Assembly (NCBI GenBank): GCA_947627505.1
Contig: CANQWG010000003.1
Span: forward strand, 5,504-69,503
Reading direction: 5' to 3'
DNA from: an uncultured Bacilli bacterium
Lineage (GTDB): Bacteria > Bacillota_I > Bacilli_A > RFN20 > CAG-449
Length of the DNA stretch: 64,000 bases
In this document: in pieces, positions 38,217-52,256 of the stretch
Layout of the letters: each line of letters starts with the position of its first letter
How positions within the stretch are numbered: position 1 is the first letter of the stretch
Made by a program: the position numbers and the translations under genes
The notes under the pieces: model-generated
Database searches by the model: none
Seen by the model: only the letters and a program-made list of their open reading frames with translations
Told to the model about the DNA's origin: nothing

Positions 38217-39350
38217 TCATTTTTTAAAAGTTCGCTTTATTTTCTCAAAGAAACTTTCTCCGCGATTCGGTTTCTTTTGTTCTAACTCATTAAATTGTTC
38301 TAATAGAGCTTTTTCTTCGTTAGTGAGTTTTGTCGGAGTCAAAACTTTGATATGGACATAGTGATCACCTTGACCATTACCTCTTAAGTCCTTGACTCCT
38401 TTGCCTTTCAGTTTAAAAGTTTGACCGTTTTGTGTTCCTTCTTTAATCGTCATTTCTACCGGTCCATACACCGTTTCAACATCGACGACACATCCTAATG
38501 CCGCGGCAACCATCGGAACTTCTAATTGTGAATGAATATCATTTCCGTCTCTTTCAAAACGTGGATCCCTTTCAACTCTAACTTCGATGAAAAGATCGCC
38601 GTTTGGACCTCCATTAGATCCTCTTTCGCCTTTACCGCTGACACGAATTTGCTGTCCGTCATTGATACCCGCGGGAATATTGACTTCGACATTCTTTCTA
38701 ACCCGGTTATATCCTTTGCCATCGCAAGCCGTACATTTATTTTTGATAATTTTTCCGGTTCCATGACACTCAGGACAAGTGGTGCTGGTTTCCATGGTTC
38801 CAAAAATCGTCTGTTGTCTTTGTTTTACGGTACCGGTACCATTACATCGCGAACACGTTTCAATGTCCGAAGAAGAATTTGCCCCCGTACCACCGCATTT
38901 GGTACATGGTTCATCGTAAGTGATTTGAAGATCGATCGTTTTACCATTGATCGCTTCCATGAATTTAATGCTGATGGTGTCGCTGCGATCACGACCTCTT
39001 GTCGGTCCATTCCGTCTTTGAGAGCGACGTCCGCCACCGAAAAACGAACCGAAAAGATCACCTAAATCGACATCTTGGAAGCCACCAAAACCACCGCTAA
39101 AGCCACCGAAACCGCCGGCTCCTTGTTCAAAGGCCGCATGACCAAATTGATCGTACTGGGCCTTTTTTTGAGCATCGGAAAGGACTTCGTAAGCTTCTTG
39201 TACTTCTTTAAACTTTTCTTCGGCACCCGGTTCCTTATTGAGGTCAGGGTGATATTTTTTAGCAAGTTTACGATATGCAGACTTTATTTCATCGTTAGAG
39301 GCATTCTTTGATACGCCTAAAACCTCATAATAATCCCTTTTAGTCGCCAT
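38217..39350 (-). CDS. dnaJ: molecular chaperone DnaJ
   Basis: J domain with HPD, Gly-rich linker, four CxxCxGxG zinc fingers. Confidence 0.95.
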   Translation of the reverse strand: MATKRDYYEVLGVSKNASNDEIKSAYRKLAKKYHPDLNKEPGAEEKFKEVQEAYEVLSDAQKKAQYDQFGHAAFEQGAGGFGGFSGGFGGFQDVDLGDLFGSFFGGGRRSQRRNGPTRGRDRSDTISIKFMEAINGKTIDLQITYDEPCTKCGGTGANSSSDIETCSRCNGTGTVKQRQQTIFGTMETSTTCPECHGTGKIIKNKCTACDGKGYNRVRKNVEVNIPAGINDGQQIRVSGKGERGSNGGPNGDLFIEVRVERDPRFERDGNDIHSQLEVPMVAAALGCVVDVETVYGPVEMTIKEGTQNGQTFKLKGKGVKDLRGNGQGDHYVHIKVLTPTKLTNEEKALLEQFNELEQKKPNRGESFFEKIKRTFKK

Positions 39351-39375
39351 ACCTACTCCTTTCTATACGCAAGAT

Positions 39376-39401
39376 GGAGGTTAGGATCATTCCTAGCCTC
39401 C
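39376..39401 (-). promoter_or_regulatory. intercistronic stem-loop between dnaK and dnaJ
   Basis: GGAGGTTAGGatcattCCTAGCCTCC 10-bp stem without a U-run. Confidence 0.5.
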
Positions 39402-39422
39402 ATAATAATTCTTAAAACTTTA

Positions 39423-41857
<2,435 letters not shown>

Positions 41858-41880
<23 letters not shown>

Positions 41881-42892
41881 CCTTTCTTGCAAAGAATTCA
41901 TTTAATTGTTTTTGAATGTATTCAAGTGCATTCATCACTTTTTCATAATCCATCCGTGTCGGACCCACAAGAGCGATTCTTCCTTCGTGGTCATCACTGA
42001 TTTTGATTTTCGTGGTCACCATCGAAACATCGTCAAATCCTTTGCCTTCTTCATCACGACCGATGAAAATTTCCACATCGTCATTCGCGTGCAAATACTC
42101 AGCCATCGTCTTTGGATTTTCAATCAAACGCACCAAACGTTTTAACTTTTCGATATCCGTATTGAATTCCGGTTGCTCCAACAAATTATCGGTTCCAAAA
42201 AAGCTGATTCTTTCGGTAGCGAATTTTAAGAAGGTTTCAGCGAAGGCTCGATAAATGGCATCATTGTTTTTAAGATGTTGAGTGATAATCTCTTTTGATG
42301 CTTCCATTTTTTCGATGAGTCCCGATATCGGCGTTCCTCGCATCCGATCTTGGATGATTTTCACACATTTTTCGACATCTTTGATATCGACATGTTCGGG
42401 AAGGATAAAGGTTTTGTTTTCAACATAGCCTTTGTCAGTCACAAAGACCGCGGTCGCCGAATTTTCCGATAATGGAATCACTTGAACTGAAAGAAGATGT
42501 TCCTCGTCGGCACTCGGCCCTAACACGATCGATGCCAAATTGGTCATATGTGACAAAATTTCGCAACTTTCTTTGATCACATCATCGATCGATTTTGATT
42601 TTTCGCTCAAAATTACCGCTAGTTGTTGTTTAATTTCTTCATCTACATCCCGTTGACGAAGATGTTCGATATAGTAGCGATAACCTTTGGTTGAAGGAAC
42701 TCTACCTGAAGAAGTATGAGTCTTTTCGATAAAACCTTCTTCTTCAAGTTCCATCATTTCATTGCGTATCGTCGCCGACGAATATGGAAGATCATATTGT
42801 TCAATAAGAGTATTGCTTCCAACCGGCGCCGCCGTTTTAATGAAATATTCAACGATGTATTTTAGAATTAGATCGCGTCTAGGCAAGGCCAT
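41858..42892 (-). CDS. hrcA: heat-inducible transcription repressor HrcA
   Basis: N-terminal wHTH ...ILKYIVEYFIKTAAPVGSNTL; start at MALPRR with RBS AAGAGGTG, just downstream of CIRCE. Confidence 0.9.
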
Positions 42893-42904
42893 TTCGTTCA
42901 CCTC

Positions 42905-42963
42905 TTTAGCACTATTTTTATTCAAGTGCTAAATTTATTATACCCACTTTTTTAGCAGTGTCA
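42905..42963 (-). promoter_or_regulatory. sigmaA promoter (TTGACA-16-TATAAT) and CIRCE operator TTAGCACTa-N9-aAGTGCTAA for the hrcA-grpE-dnaK-dnaJ operon
   Basis: CIRCE at 42905-42931, -10 at about 42936-42941, -35 at 42958-42963 (minus strand). Confidence 0.9.
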
Positions 42964-43097
42964 ACTGATTATTGCTAATTTTTGTATTAAATTTTATTTT
43001 AATGTGACAAATAACTTAAGTTTGCATAAATTCAAAATATTTTTCCAAAAAAAAATCCTCATAAGAAGGGGATTTTATCAAATTAAAATATTAATGT

Positions 43098-43505
43098 TTA
43101 AGATCTAATTGCAACCACTTTAGTATTCGTCAATTGATCGAAAATGCTGATTTCAGTATGTTTGGCAATCATGTAAATGGCATTTAAAGCCACGATAAGG
43201 GGAATTGAAATGAGCGCCGAACGCATGAAACTTTCTTTTAAAGTCAATCTTTTATTATCGAAACGTTTAATGCGGCTTCTGACTATGGCTTGGCCTAAAC
43301 TCACGCCATTAGTAGCCCAAATTAACAAAGTATTGATGATCGTAAAAATGATTATTTCAAAAATCATCATCCAGATCAACATCGTGAAAAATTCGATATT
43401 TACCGCGCGTGACAAATAATAATAAACCACAAAAGAAAGAATGAAGGCAATCGCGGCATCGATTACATACGATATTACTCTGCGTTCAAAACCGACTATA
43501 TCCAT
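43098..43505 (-). CDS. RDD family membrane protein
   Basis: FERRVISYVIDAAIAFIL RDD motif region; 3 TM segments; 135 aa. Confidence 0.7.
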   Translation of the reverse strand: MDIVGFERRVISYVIDAAIAFILSFVVYYYLSRAVNIEFFTMLIWMMIFEIIIFTIINTLLIWATNGVSLGQAIVRSRIKRFDNKRLTLKESFMRSALISIPLIVALNAIYMIAKHTEISIFDQLTNTKVVAIRS

Positions 43506-43513
43506 AAATCCTC

Positions 43514-44608
43514 CTAAAATAACAAGCGTCTTAAAACGTAATCTAAGATAAAAAAGTTTTCTTTTTTAACTTTGAGATTAATATCACTATACTCTATTAA
43601 AGATTCTTTTTGAAGTAATTCTATTTTTTCTCGATATTTATCAATAAAATTTTCATGATATTTATCTTGAAATTTGTTTAAATCCAATCCTTCTTCTAAT
43701 CGCAAGGCAAGCATGATTTCATAAAATTCCTGATCTTCTTTATTTAATATTTCTTCTTCTAGTCGATATTGATCTTGGCAATATTTGAAAAAATTTCGCG
43801 TATTGGTATAACGTTTTCCGTCAACATAACCCGATGCCCCAAGTCCAACACCATAATATTCTTCGTTGCGCCAATAGATGAGATTATGTTTACTTTGATA
43901 ACCTTTTTGAGCAAAATTAGAAACTTCATATCGTTCATATCCCTTTTCGTGAAGGTAATTTACGATTAAATCATAATATGTACGCGCCAAATCATCGTCG
44001 ATTTCTTTGACATTTTGATTGAAAAGCAACGTATGTGGGTGAATTCCTAGTAAATAAGTCGAAATGTGTGTCAAAGGTAATGAAGTCAACATTGATAGAT
44101 CTTGGTTTAATGTTTTTAGATCTTGATATGGTAAGCCATAAATCAGATCCCCGTTAATATCCTTAATATCATATTTGTGCAATAAGGAAATTACTTCTTG
44201 GATTTTTTTTAAATCATGATTTCTTTTAATGGTATTTAAAATTGCTTTTGAAAAGCTTTGAATCCCCAAAGAGACACGATTGACACCACTTGCCGCCATC
44301 AAGGCAATTTTCGCTTCGTCAAGATTTTCAACATTGCATTCCATAGTAAACGATAAGCCTTCGTAAACATAGGGTTTAACGATATCAAAAAGGCGCTTTA
44401 ATTGCGGATAAGAAAGCGCTGAAGGAGTTCCTCCACCAAGATAAAGCGTCGCTATTTTATCGATATTGTAAGAATCCAATTCACGTTGCAATGCTTCAAG
44501 ATATTGAGAAGCAAACTCTTCGTTATAAAGCAATTTGCAATAATCGCAATAAGCACAAAACGAAGTGCAAAAAGGAATGTGAATATAAAGTCCTCGCGTT
44601 AACTCCAT
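43514..44608 (-). CDS. hemW: radical SAM heme chaperone HemW (HemN-like, oxygen-independent coproporphyrinogen oxidase family)
   Basis: LYIHIPFCTSFCAYCDYC radical SAM CxxxCxxC motif, HemN C-terminal domain; conserved position upstream of hrcA. Confidence 0.85.
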   Translation of the reverse strand: MELTRGLYIHIPFCTSFCAYCDYCKLLYNEEFASQYLEALQRELDSYNIDKIATLYLGGGTPSALSYPQLKRLFDIVKPYVYEGLSFTMECNVENLDEAKIALMAASGVNRVSLGIQSFSKAILNTIKRNHDLKKIQEVISLLHKYDIKDINGDLIYGLPYQDLKTLNQDLSMLTSLPLTHISTYLLGIHPHTLLFNQNVKEIDDDLARTYYDLIVNYLHEKGYERYEVSNFAQKGYQSKHNLIYWRNEEYYGVGLGASGYVDGKRYTNTRNFFKYCQDQYRLEEEILNKEDQEFYEIMLALRLEEGLDLNKFQDKYHENFIDKYREKIELLQKESLIEYSDINLKVKKENFFILDYVLRRLLF

Positions 44609-44829
44609 TATTCTTTTGAATCGAGTTCGTCCTCGTTTGGATCTTCTTCGTCTTCTACTACTTTTTCATTTTCTTCTTTAGGAGTCACGATCAATCTTTC
44701 GATGTTGTCGCGTGAAATTTTTTCGGGATCTTCTTTTTCATTATCGGCTAAACCCGGAACAAAACGTCGAATCAACCAAACGACAAGTGCAATTGCGACT
44801 GCAACCGCTAAAAAATACAAAACCCACAT
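44608..44829 (-). CDS. small membrane protein with acidic C-terminal tail
   Basis: One N-terminal TM helix then an Asp/Glu-rich tail; 73 aa. Confidence 0.45.
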   Translation of the reverse strand: MWVLYFLAVAVAIALVVWLIRRFVPGLADNEKEDPEKISRDNIERLIVTPKEENEKVVEDEEDPNEDELDSKE

Positions 44830-44832
44830 ATT

Positions 44833-46242
44833 TTAAATCCTTTCCTTCTCTTGAACCACAGGGGTATAGACAAATTTATTTCTGACTTTTTCTTTTTTAT
44901 AGAAACCTAACAAAGCGAGATTTTCCATCGAGGTTCGCGCCGTTTCATAAGCGACATCCAACTCTTTTTTATATTGACCGATCGTATAATAATTTCCGAC
45001 GGTACAATGTCTTGAATAAAAAGAAGCTTGTCCTTTTTTAAGTGACGGATACGTTTCTATCAAATGCTCGGCGATAATTTGGGCATCTTTTTCGTCCAAT
45101 CCCGTTCGCATATGAGGTATCGCTACTTTACGCTCTAACTGAATGGTGGGAGCATTTTCTTCTTCATTAACTAAATTACTTACCACATTATTGGTGGTCT
45201 CTTTAGTATTATCTACCGCTACCACCGGTTTTTCAAGTTGATAGTGCTCTTCTTTGAGTTGCTCGCGTTCAATCATCACAAAATCATCGGTTAAAGCTCT
45301 TACGGCCTCTTCGACATGGGTCAAAATATAATTTAAAATGTAAGTCATATCTAGTCCCATCTCGGTTTCTTCCATCATCGTCTTTCCAAGATTGTCTTTC
45401 ATAATATCAATCAGTTTTTCGATATTGAGAATCGAACCTATTTGATCACTATCTTCATGCGCCAAAACATATTTAAACGACAACAAGGCGACAAATTCAT
45501 TAAAATATTCAAAAGGTTTAACATACATGATGTAATAAAACGCGACGCTAGCTTTCACTAAACTAAACGTTTCTGTCTTCGCGACAAAGTCAAATAATTC
45601 ATTTAGCATTGGAAGAATTTTATCTAAAGGAGCTCCTTCATAATGACGTTTCCCGAAGGTGTAATTAATACGTTCGTTTAAATCTGTCACTCGAAGATAA
45701 GTTTCCGGTTTATCTAATTCATATTCGCTACCGACTAATGAAGAGTAAATATCAACTAGCACCTTTAGATTAAAAGGTGAACTGAAGCAATTTTCGTTTT
45801 TTTTCAATGCCGTGCAGTAATGAGAGATCATTAAATATTCACTTGGAATATTCGCCAAAGATTCATCGAAAATGGCTTTTAAAGTCTCATCGGCGATGTC
45901 AAAGCCATAATAAGATGAAAAATCTTTTAAACATTCTAGATATCGACACTCCCTAAACTTTTGAAAAGAATCATTATCATGACGTAAGCTATTATATGAG
46001 AAAAGCAGTTTACTCAACTTTTTTTCAAGTGAAATAATCCGTGAAGAAACACTTTGAATCGTCGAAATGGTATAAGGAGATCTTTCAACATTGCGAACGG
46101 ATAATTCCAATTGAAAATGACGCCGATATTCTTTGATTTTTTCCCACATCAAATCGATCGAAGAGATCTTTAAAATACTTTTCACATCATTTTTCGTGGC
46201 ATACATACCATCGGTAAAGCGCATTTCTAAGTCTTGAGACAT
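44833..46242 (-). CDS. hypothetical protein (469 aa), no recognisable motifs
   Basis: Long intact ORF tightly packed between lepA and hemW; no Fic HPFxxGNGR motif or other signature recognised. Confidence 0.5.
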   Translation of the reverse strand: MSQDLEMRFTDGMYATKNDVKSILKISSIDLMWEKIKEYRRHFQLELSVRNVERSPYTISTIQSVSSRIISLEKKLSKLLFSYNSLRHDNDSFQKFRECRYLECLKDFSSYYGFDIADETLKAIFDESLANIPSEYLMISHYCTALKKNENCFSSPFNLKVLVDIYSSLVGSEYELDKPETYLRVTDLNERINYTFGKRHYEGAPLDKILPMLNELFDFVAKTETFSLVKASVAFYYIMYVKPFEYFNEFVALLSFKYVLAHEDSDQIGSILNIEKLIDIMKDNLGKTMMEETEMGLDMTYILNYILTHVEEAVRALTDDFVMIEREQLKEEHYQLEKPVVAVDNTKETTNNVVSNLVNEEENAPTIQLERKVAIPHMRTGLDEKDAQIIAEHLIETYPSLKKGQASFYSRHCTVGNYYTIGQYKKELDVAYETARTSMENLALLGFYKKEKVRNKFVYTPVVQEKERI

Positions 46243-46365
46243 CGAATCACCTCATATTCCATATTTTACCGACTTTTTAAATGTAAGTCTATACCTAAAA
46301 CTAATTAAATACTAATTTTCTACTAACAAATTTCGACCTAAAAATTAAATAAAAGACGAAGTTTT

Positions 46366-48177
46366 TTAATCTTCGTCTTGAACTGACAAAATTGCCATGA
46401 ATGCTTCTTGAGGCACTTCGACCGTGCCGATAGCTTTCATCCGCTTTTTACCTTCTTTTTGCTTTTCAAGCAGTTTTTTCTTTCGAGAAATGTCACCACC
46501 ATAACATTTGGCAAGGACATCTTTGCGAACTGCTTTGATATCGCTTCTGGCGATTATTTTATTAGATATCGCGGCTTGAACCGGCACTTCAAATTGTTGC
46601 CGCGGAATGATATTTTTAAGTTTTTCAACCAGCAAACGTCCGCGCGAATAGGCAAAATCACGGAAAACGATACTCGATAAAGCATCGATCACATTGCCGT
46701 TAAGCATGATATCTAACTTGCAAAGGCGGCTGGCGCGGTAATCCGATAATTGGTAATCGAAAGAAGCGTAACCTTTGGTATATGATTTCAATTTATCGAA
46801 AAAATTGTAGACGATTTCGGACAAAGGCAATTGATAGGTAAGCACGACTCGCGTCGGATCAAGATATTCCATATCGATATAAATTCCTCTTTTTTCTTGA
46901 GAAAGTTTCATAATCGGTCCGATGTAATCTTTAGGCGTCATGATTTTAGCCTCGACGAATGGTTCTTGGATTTCTTTAATGAGCGTCATATCCGGAAGTT
47001 TTGAAGGATTGTCGAGTTCGATCATCGTTCCATCATTAAGATAAACATGATAAATGACACTCGGAGCCGTCAAAATCAAATCGATGCCATATTCACGTTC
47101 AAGTCTTTCCTCAACGACATCCATATGCAATAAGCCTAAAAAGCCACAGCGAAATCCAAATCCTAGCGCCGAAGAAGTTTCCGGTTCAAAGTGTAATGAA
47201 GCATCATTTAATGAAAGTTTCATCAAGGCTTCTTTAAGATCGAGATACTTATTGGAATCGCACGGATACAAGCCGCAATAAACCATCGGATTCATTTTTC
47301 GATAGCCGGCAAGCGGTTGCATCGCTTTCTTTTTAGTAGAAGTGATCGTATCGCCGCAACGAACTTTATCGATTTCTTTTATTTGTGCCGCCACATAGCC
47401 AACTTCTCCGACATCTAAACGATTGACTTTGACATCTTTTGGAGTTCTTATACCTAATTCAGTCACCAAATACTCTTCTCCGTTTGACATAAAGATAATC
47501 GTATCGCCGACTTCAAGGTATCCTTCTTTAATAACTATCTGCGCGACAACACCGCGATACGAATCGTAGAACGAATCGAAAATCAACGCTTGCAAAGGGT
47601 TCTCCTCTTTGCCTTTTGGACAAGGAACATACTCGACAATCGCTTCTAAAACATTTTCTACCTGATATCCCGTTTTAGCGGATATTTGCAATCTTTCATC
47701 GAAAGGTAAGCCGATATTATCCTCTATTTCACGTCGCGTACGTTCGATATCCGCACTCGGAAGATCGACTTTATTGATGAGCGGAATCACTTCAAGATCA
47801 TTTTCGATTGCTAAATAGACATTAGCCAAAGTTTGAGCTTCTACTCCTTGCGTCGCATCGACGACAAGAAGCGCTCCTTCACAAGCCGCCAAGGAACGAC
47901 TCACTTCATAGGTGAAATCGACATGACCTGGAGTGTCGATCAAATTGAAAAGGTAATCTTCCCCGTTTTTACTATGATAATTGAGGCTAACCGCGTTTAG
48001 TTTTATCGTGATACCACGTTCCCGTTCAAGATCCATCGAATCGAGCAATTGTTCTTTCATCTCTCGTTTAGAAACCGTTCCGGTCAATTCTAAAAGACGA
48101 TCAGCCAACGTTGATTTACCGTGATCGATATGAGCGATGATAGAAAAATTTCGAATATGTTTCAAATCGTAATCCAT
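46366..48177 (-). CDS. lepA: elongation factor 4 (LepA)
   Basis: [27 protein letters not shown]; start at [11 protein letters not shown]. Confidence 0.95.
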   Translation of the reverse strand: MDYDLKHIRNFSIIAHIDHGKSTLADRLLELTGTVSKREMKEQLLDSMDLERERGITIKLNAVSLNYHSKNGEDYLFNLIDTPGHVDFTYEVSRSLAACEGALLVVDATQGVEAQTLANVYLAIENDLEVIPLINKVDLPSADIERTRREIEDNIGLPFDERLQISAKTGYQVENVLEAIVEYVPCPKGKEENPLQALIFDSFYDSYRGVVAQIVIKEGYLEVGDTIIFMSNGEEYLVTELGIRTPKDVKVNRLDVGEVGYVAAQIKEIDKVRCGDTITSTKKKAMQPLAGYRKMNPMVYCGLYPCDSNKYLDLKEALMKLSLNDASLHFEPETSSALGFGFRCGFLGLLHMDVVEERLEREYGIDLILTAPSVIYHVYLNDGTMIELDNPSKLPDMTLIKEIQEPFVEAKIMTPKDYIGPIMKLSQEKRGIYIDMEYLDPTRVVLTYQLPLSEIVYNFFDKLKSYTKGYASFDYQLSDYRASRLCKLDIMLNGNVIDALSSIVFRDFAYSRGRLLVEKLKNIIPRQQFEVPVQAAISNKIIARSDIKAVRKDVLAKCYGGDISRKKKLLEKQKEGKKRMKAIGTVEVPQEAFMAILSVQDED

Positions 48178-48232
48178 GGAAAGCCTCCGCACGTTATACC
48201 ATACCGCATTTATGGTTTTGATTCAAATAAAT

Positions 48233-50566
48233 TTATGAGTTCCAAAATTTTTGAACTTCTCTTTTAATATCTATCAAAGAAAATACTTTTCGATAATGCG
48301 ACCATTCTTTTTTAAACATCTCACGATATTTTTGATAAAGAAAGCGAGAATCGATCAATAAAACCACTCCTCGATCAGTCGCGGAACGGATCACTCTTCC
48401 GGCTGCTTGCATTACTTTATTCATTCCAGGATTAGTATAGGCGTAATCAAACCCGTCATAACCATTCGCGCTATAATGTTCTTTTAATAAGTCACGGTCA
48501 AATGAAATCGTCGGTAATCCGACACCGACGATAATCGCTCCGATAAGGCGATCAGAAGTTAAGTCGATTCCTTCGGAAAAAGCACCGCCCAAAACTGCAA
48601 AACCGACGGTCGTTTCACTCGGCGTTTCAATGAAATTGCTTAAAAATTCTTCTCTTTCCGCCTCTTTCATGTCACGGACTTGTTTGATGATTCGATAATC
48701 GCTATCTGAAAAATATTGATAAATTTCGTCTAAGTATGCAAACGAAGGAAAAAACACCAAATAATTTCCAACCTTTTCTTTAACGACGGCTTTAATCGAA
48801 TTAGCGACATCTACATAAGAAAGCGCACGATCTTTAAGGCGCGTTGAAATATCACCCCGAATCAATAGTAAAAGGTTTTGCGGTGGAAACGGCGAGTTTA
48901 ACGAGATATACGGACTAGTTTCATCGCCACCCAATAAACCAATGTAATAATCTCTAGGAGTTAGCGTCGCCGAGAAATAAACAATCCCTTTAGCTTTCCT
49001 CAAAGTATGTTTTATAAGTTTTGAAGAATCTAAACACTGAAGATGGGCAAACACATTACCATCTGTTTTTTCAAAATATGCCACAAAATCCGAAGAATAA
49101 AATTCACTGATCTTTAAAAATCTGCTGATATCGTTAAAGATATCACTGATTTTCTCACTGACAATTATCAAATCATTCTGTTGCGCATCATAAAAAGCTT
49201 TAAGCAAATTATCCAAAATCACATAAAATTCATCTGAAAAGCCGTTTTCTTGAATTTGACAATCTGTTTCGCCTTCTTTGACTTCTTCAAAAATAGCGAC
49301 GAGCTTTTTCAATTGTCTTTTTAATTTTGGAAGTTTTTCTCGTTTTAATAAGTGTTTTAAAAATACTAAATCATTCAAATTCAGATTGCACGAATACATA
49401 TTTCTAGAACGATCCACGAGATTATGAGCTTCATCGATAAGTAAAAGATATTGATCTTTAACAATTTCAAAATAATTCTTTAAATAAACGATCGGATCGA
49501 AAACATAATTATAATCACAAATGATCACGTCACAATAATACGATAGATCTAATTGCAGTTCAAAAGCACACATCGAATTTTCAATGGCAATTTTGGATAT
49601 GTAATTTTTATCGTAAAGATTTTCATTTTCTAACATCGTTTTTAAAACAGATTTTAATTTATCATAATAACCCTTAGCAAACGGACACTCATCAGGATTA
49701 CAATGTGCGATGTCGTTAAGGCACATTTTATCTTTGGCGGTCAGGATAATCGCTTTAATAACAAGTCCTTTTTGATGCATCAATTTAAGTGCGTCAAAAG
49801 CAATGTCCTTTTGAGACGATTTGGCTGATAAATAAAAAATTTTATCATTGCATTCATCGCTGAACGACTTGATTGCGGGAAATAACGTCGACATCGTTTT
49901 TCCAATACCAGTAGGAGCTTCGGCGAACAATAAACCGCCGTCTTGAGCGATTTTATAAACGAATTTTGCTAGTCTTCTTTGTCCTTCTCTAAAGGAAGGA
50001 TAAGGAAACACAAGATCCATGGCTGACTTTTGACGAAGTAAATTATGGTCATCGATTATTTTATAAAATTGTAAATATTCCCTTATTAAATTTTCAATAT
50101 CGTCTTTTAGTTCCTCCACTTTGAAAGTGAAGTTTTTGATCATCTTACTTCCATCGGTTTGCGAAATATATGTTAAACGGCACGATATTTTTTCAAGGTT
50201 ATTGGCTAACGAATACATCAAAGCATAACATTTCGCTTGTGCTAAATGCCATTCTCCTTGTTCTTCATAAAATTCTTTTAAATCGGCGACAGTCGATTTG
50301 ATCTCATCGACAATATAGCGCGTCGGTTCGACGATTATACCATCCGCCCGTCCGATTAAAATTACCTCAAAATCATCAACCTCAAACTTTTGTTGCAAAG
50401 GAACTTCAGAAAGGTAATTACCGCTTTGAATGCTTTGATACCGTAAATGAATTCTAGTTCCTTCGGATAAGGTTCCATTATTAAAAACGCGGCTATCGAT
50501 GCTTCCGCGACGCAACAAAAAATCGACAAGAGTATGAACGGAAAGATTGATAAGTTTTTGCATCAA
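48233..50566 (-). CDS. ATP-dependent DNA helicase, DinG/Rad3 (XPD-like) family
   Basis: Walker A AEAPTGIGKT, DEAH box LIDEAHNL, four-Cys Fe-S-like cluster (CLNDIAHCNPDECP), helicase C-terminal domain; 777 aa. Confidence 0.8.
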   Translation of the reverse strand: MMQKLINLSVHTLVDFLLRRGSIDSRVFNNGTLSEGTRIHLRYQSIQSGNYLSEVPLQQKFEVDDFEVILIGRADGIIVEPTRYIVDEIKSTVADLKEFYEEQGEWHLAQAKCYALMYSLANNLEKISCRLTYISQTDGSKMIKNFTFKVEELKDDIENLIREYLQFYKIIDDHNLLRQKSAMDLVFPYPSFREGQRRLAKFVYKIAQDGGLLFAEAPTGIGKTMSTLFPAIKSFSDECNDKIFYLSAKSSQKDIAFDALKLMHQKGLVIKAIILTAKDKMCLNDIAHCNPDECPFAKGYYDKLKSVLKTMLENENLYDKNYISKIAIENSMCAFELQLDLSYYCDVIICDYNYVFDPIVYLKNYFEIVKDQYLLLIDEAHNLVDRSRNMYSCNLNLNDLVFLKHLLKREKLPKLKRQLKKLVAIFEEVKEGETDCQIQENGFSDEFYVILDNLLKAFYDAQQNDLIIVSEKISDIFNDISRFLKISEFYSSDFVAYFEKTDGNVFAHLQCLDSSKLIKHTLRKAKGIVYFSATLTPRDYYIGLLGGDETSPYISLNSPFPPQNLLLLIRGDISTRLKDRALSYVDVANSIKAVVKEKVGNYLVFFPSFAYLDEIYQYFSDSDYRIIKQVRDMKEAEREEFLSNFIETPSETTVGFAVLGGAFSEGIDLTSDRLIGAIIVGVGLPTISFDRDLLKEHYSANGYDGFDYAYTNPGMNKVMQAAGRVIRSATDRGVVLLIDSRFLYQKYREMFKKEWSHYRKVFSLIDIKREVQKFWNS

Positions 50567-50633
50567 AAAACCACCATAGTTATTATAACTAAAAGTGGTT
50601 AAAGATTAAAGATTTTCACTCGTGGATTATCGA

Positions 50634-51554
50634 TTAGTGATACAGCAAATAAAAAATCGCCAATTCGATTAATAGCAAAGTGGAAACTACTAATTGCAAA
50701 TAGAAAATCTTACGATGTAACAATTGAGGTTCATTGCCGCTTTCGATGTCTTTTACGATGTATTGTCTAGTAATTTTTTTACCTCCGCTATAAATAGTTA
50801 AACCGATACTGATCACCGCAAAGATAATGATGAACACTAAAAAAGCACTATTTATTTCTCGTCCATTGTTTTGAAATAAGAAACTCATAATGAAGTAAGC
50901 GATAATTAACACAATATTGAAAATTAAAACCGGGTAACGCATTAATTTGATATTTAAAGCAATCGAAGTGATCTCTTTGGAAAGCTGATAATCTATTTTG
51001 ACTTCACCGGTTATTAAATTAGCGTATTGCGTCTTTTTTCCGATTTGAAAAACCACATACGGCAAATAAAAGACAACCACTTCTTGCTCTAAAATCTCCG
51101 ACCAAATTTCAAGTCCTTTTTTTGCTTCTTTATAATCCTTGCAATTCATTAAATGCTTCATTATCAGCAGTTTAATTTTATTCTCATCATAAGTGGAAGA
51201 ATTATTGTCTTGTGGATTGAAAGGTTCCATATCACTTTCTTGATATTTCGAAAGATCCTCTTCGATAAAAGGACAACTATTTTCTTCTGAATCGAATTCA
51301 TGCGACACTTCAAAAGTTTTCGTCGATCCATCTTGAAGTTTAGAATCGATTTTCGCTCGATATTTTAAGTGATAGACAACATGATATTTCTTTTCAATGC
51401 TCTTTTCGTCAAAGGTCGTCTTTTTGACAACATCCATAAAGGTGTTCGCCACATCTAAAGTCGAGGCACTGATTTCGGCTTTGGTCTTTTCAAACAGTTC
51501 TTCAACGGTATATTTTTCTTTAACGACAAAAATATTATTGATTTCCAATCCCAT
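50634..51554 (-). CDS. hypothetical protein with C-terminal transmembrane helices
   Basis: 306 aa; soluble N-terminal region then 3 TM segments. Confidence 0.45.
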   Translation of the reverse strand: MGLEINNIFVVKEKYTVEELFEKTKAEISASTLDVANTFMDVVKKTTFDEKSIEKKYHVVYHLKYRAKIDSKLQDGSTKTFEVSHEFDSEENSCPFIEEDLSKYQESDMEPFNPQDNNSSTYDENKIKLLIMKHLMNCKDYKEAKKGLEIWSEILEQEVVVFYLPYVVFQIGKKTQYANLITGEVKIDYQLSKEITSIALNIKLMRYPVLIFNIVLIIAYFIMSFLFQNNGREINSAFLVFIIIFAVISIGLTIYSGGKKITRQYIVKDIESGNEPQLLHRKIFYLQLVVSTLLLIELAIFYLLYH

Positions 51555-52054
51555 TACATCTTCTCCACTTGATAGTCTTTTTCATCGATCGCGATGGCTT
51601 TTTCAATTATCACTTTTTCATAAGGACGGTCATTGATGGTCGTTTTAACATTAGCGATTTTATCGACGACATCAAGACCATCGATCACTTTACCAAAAGC
51701 AGCATATTGCCCATCTAAATATAAAGCGTCTTGATGCATGATAAAAAATTGACTGCCGGCCGAATTCATATCATAACTGCGGGCCATTGAAATGACGCCA
51801 CGCGTATGATGTAGCGGATTATTTATTCCATTAGCCGAAAATTCGCCTTTAATAGCATAACTAGGACCACCGGTTCCATTACCCAAAGGATCACCACCTT
51901 GAATCATAAATCCTTTAATCACCCGGTGGAAAGTTAATCCATCATAAAATCCGCTTTTAACCAAACTTACAAAGTTAGCGCAAGTATTTTTAGCGGCTTC
52001 ATAGTCTAATTCAATGGTGATATCACCAAAGTCTTTAATTTTTAAAATGATCAT
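51554..52054 (-). CDS. ppiB: peptidyl-prolyl cis-trans isomerase, cyclophilin type
   Basis: FHRVIKGFMIQGGDP and cyclophilin length (166 aa). Confidence 0.9.
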   Translation of the reverse strand: MIILKIKDFGDITIELDYEAAKNTCANFVSLVKSGFYDGLTFHRVIKGFMIQGGDPLGNGTGGPSYAIKGEFSANGINNPLHHTRGVISMARSYDMNSAGSQFFIMHQDALYLDGQYAAFGKVIDGLDVVDKIANVKTTINDRPYEKVIIEKAIAIDEKDYQVEKM

Positions 52055-52256
52055 TTTTTAATCCTCGTTTCATTTCAAACATAGTGTAATTGATACTATT
52101 TTTAATTTCAATGCTTTACTACTTCTTCAATCATCAAGTTATTTTACACTTAATATTTTATGTCTCATCAAAACATTTATTTCTCAAATTCGGAAAATTT
52201 AATTTTCCACTTTAATTTCCTTATTTAAATGCTTTATTGATTTTCCTTTGTTGTTA

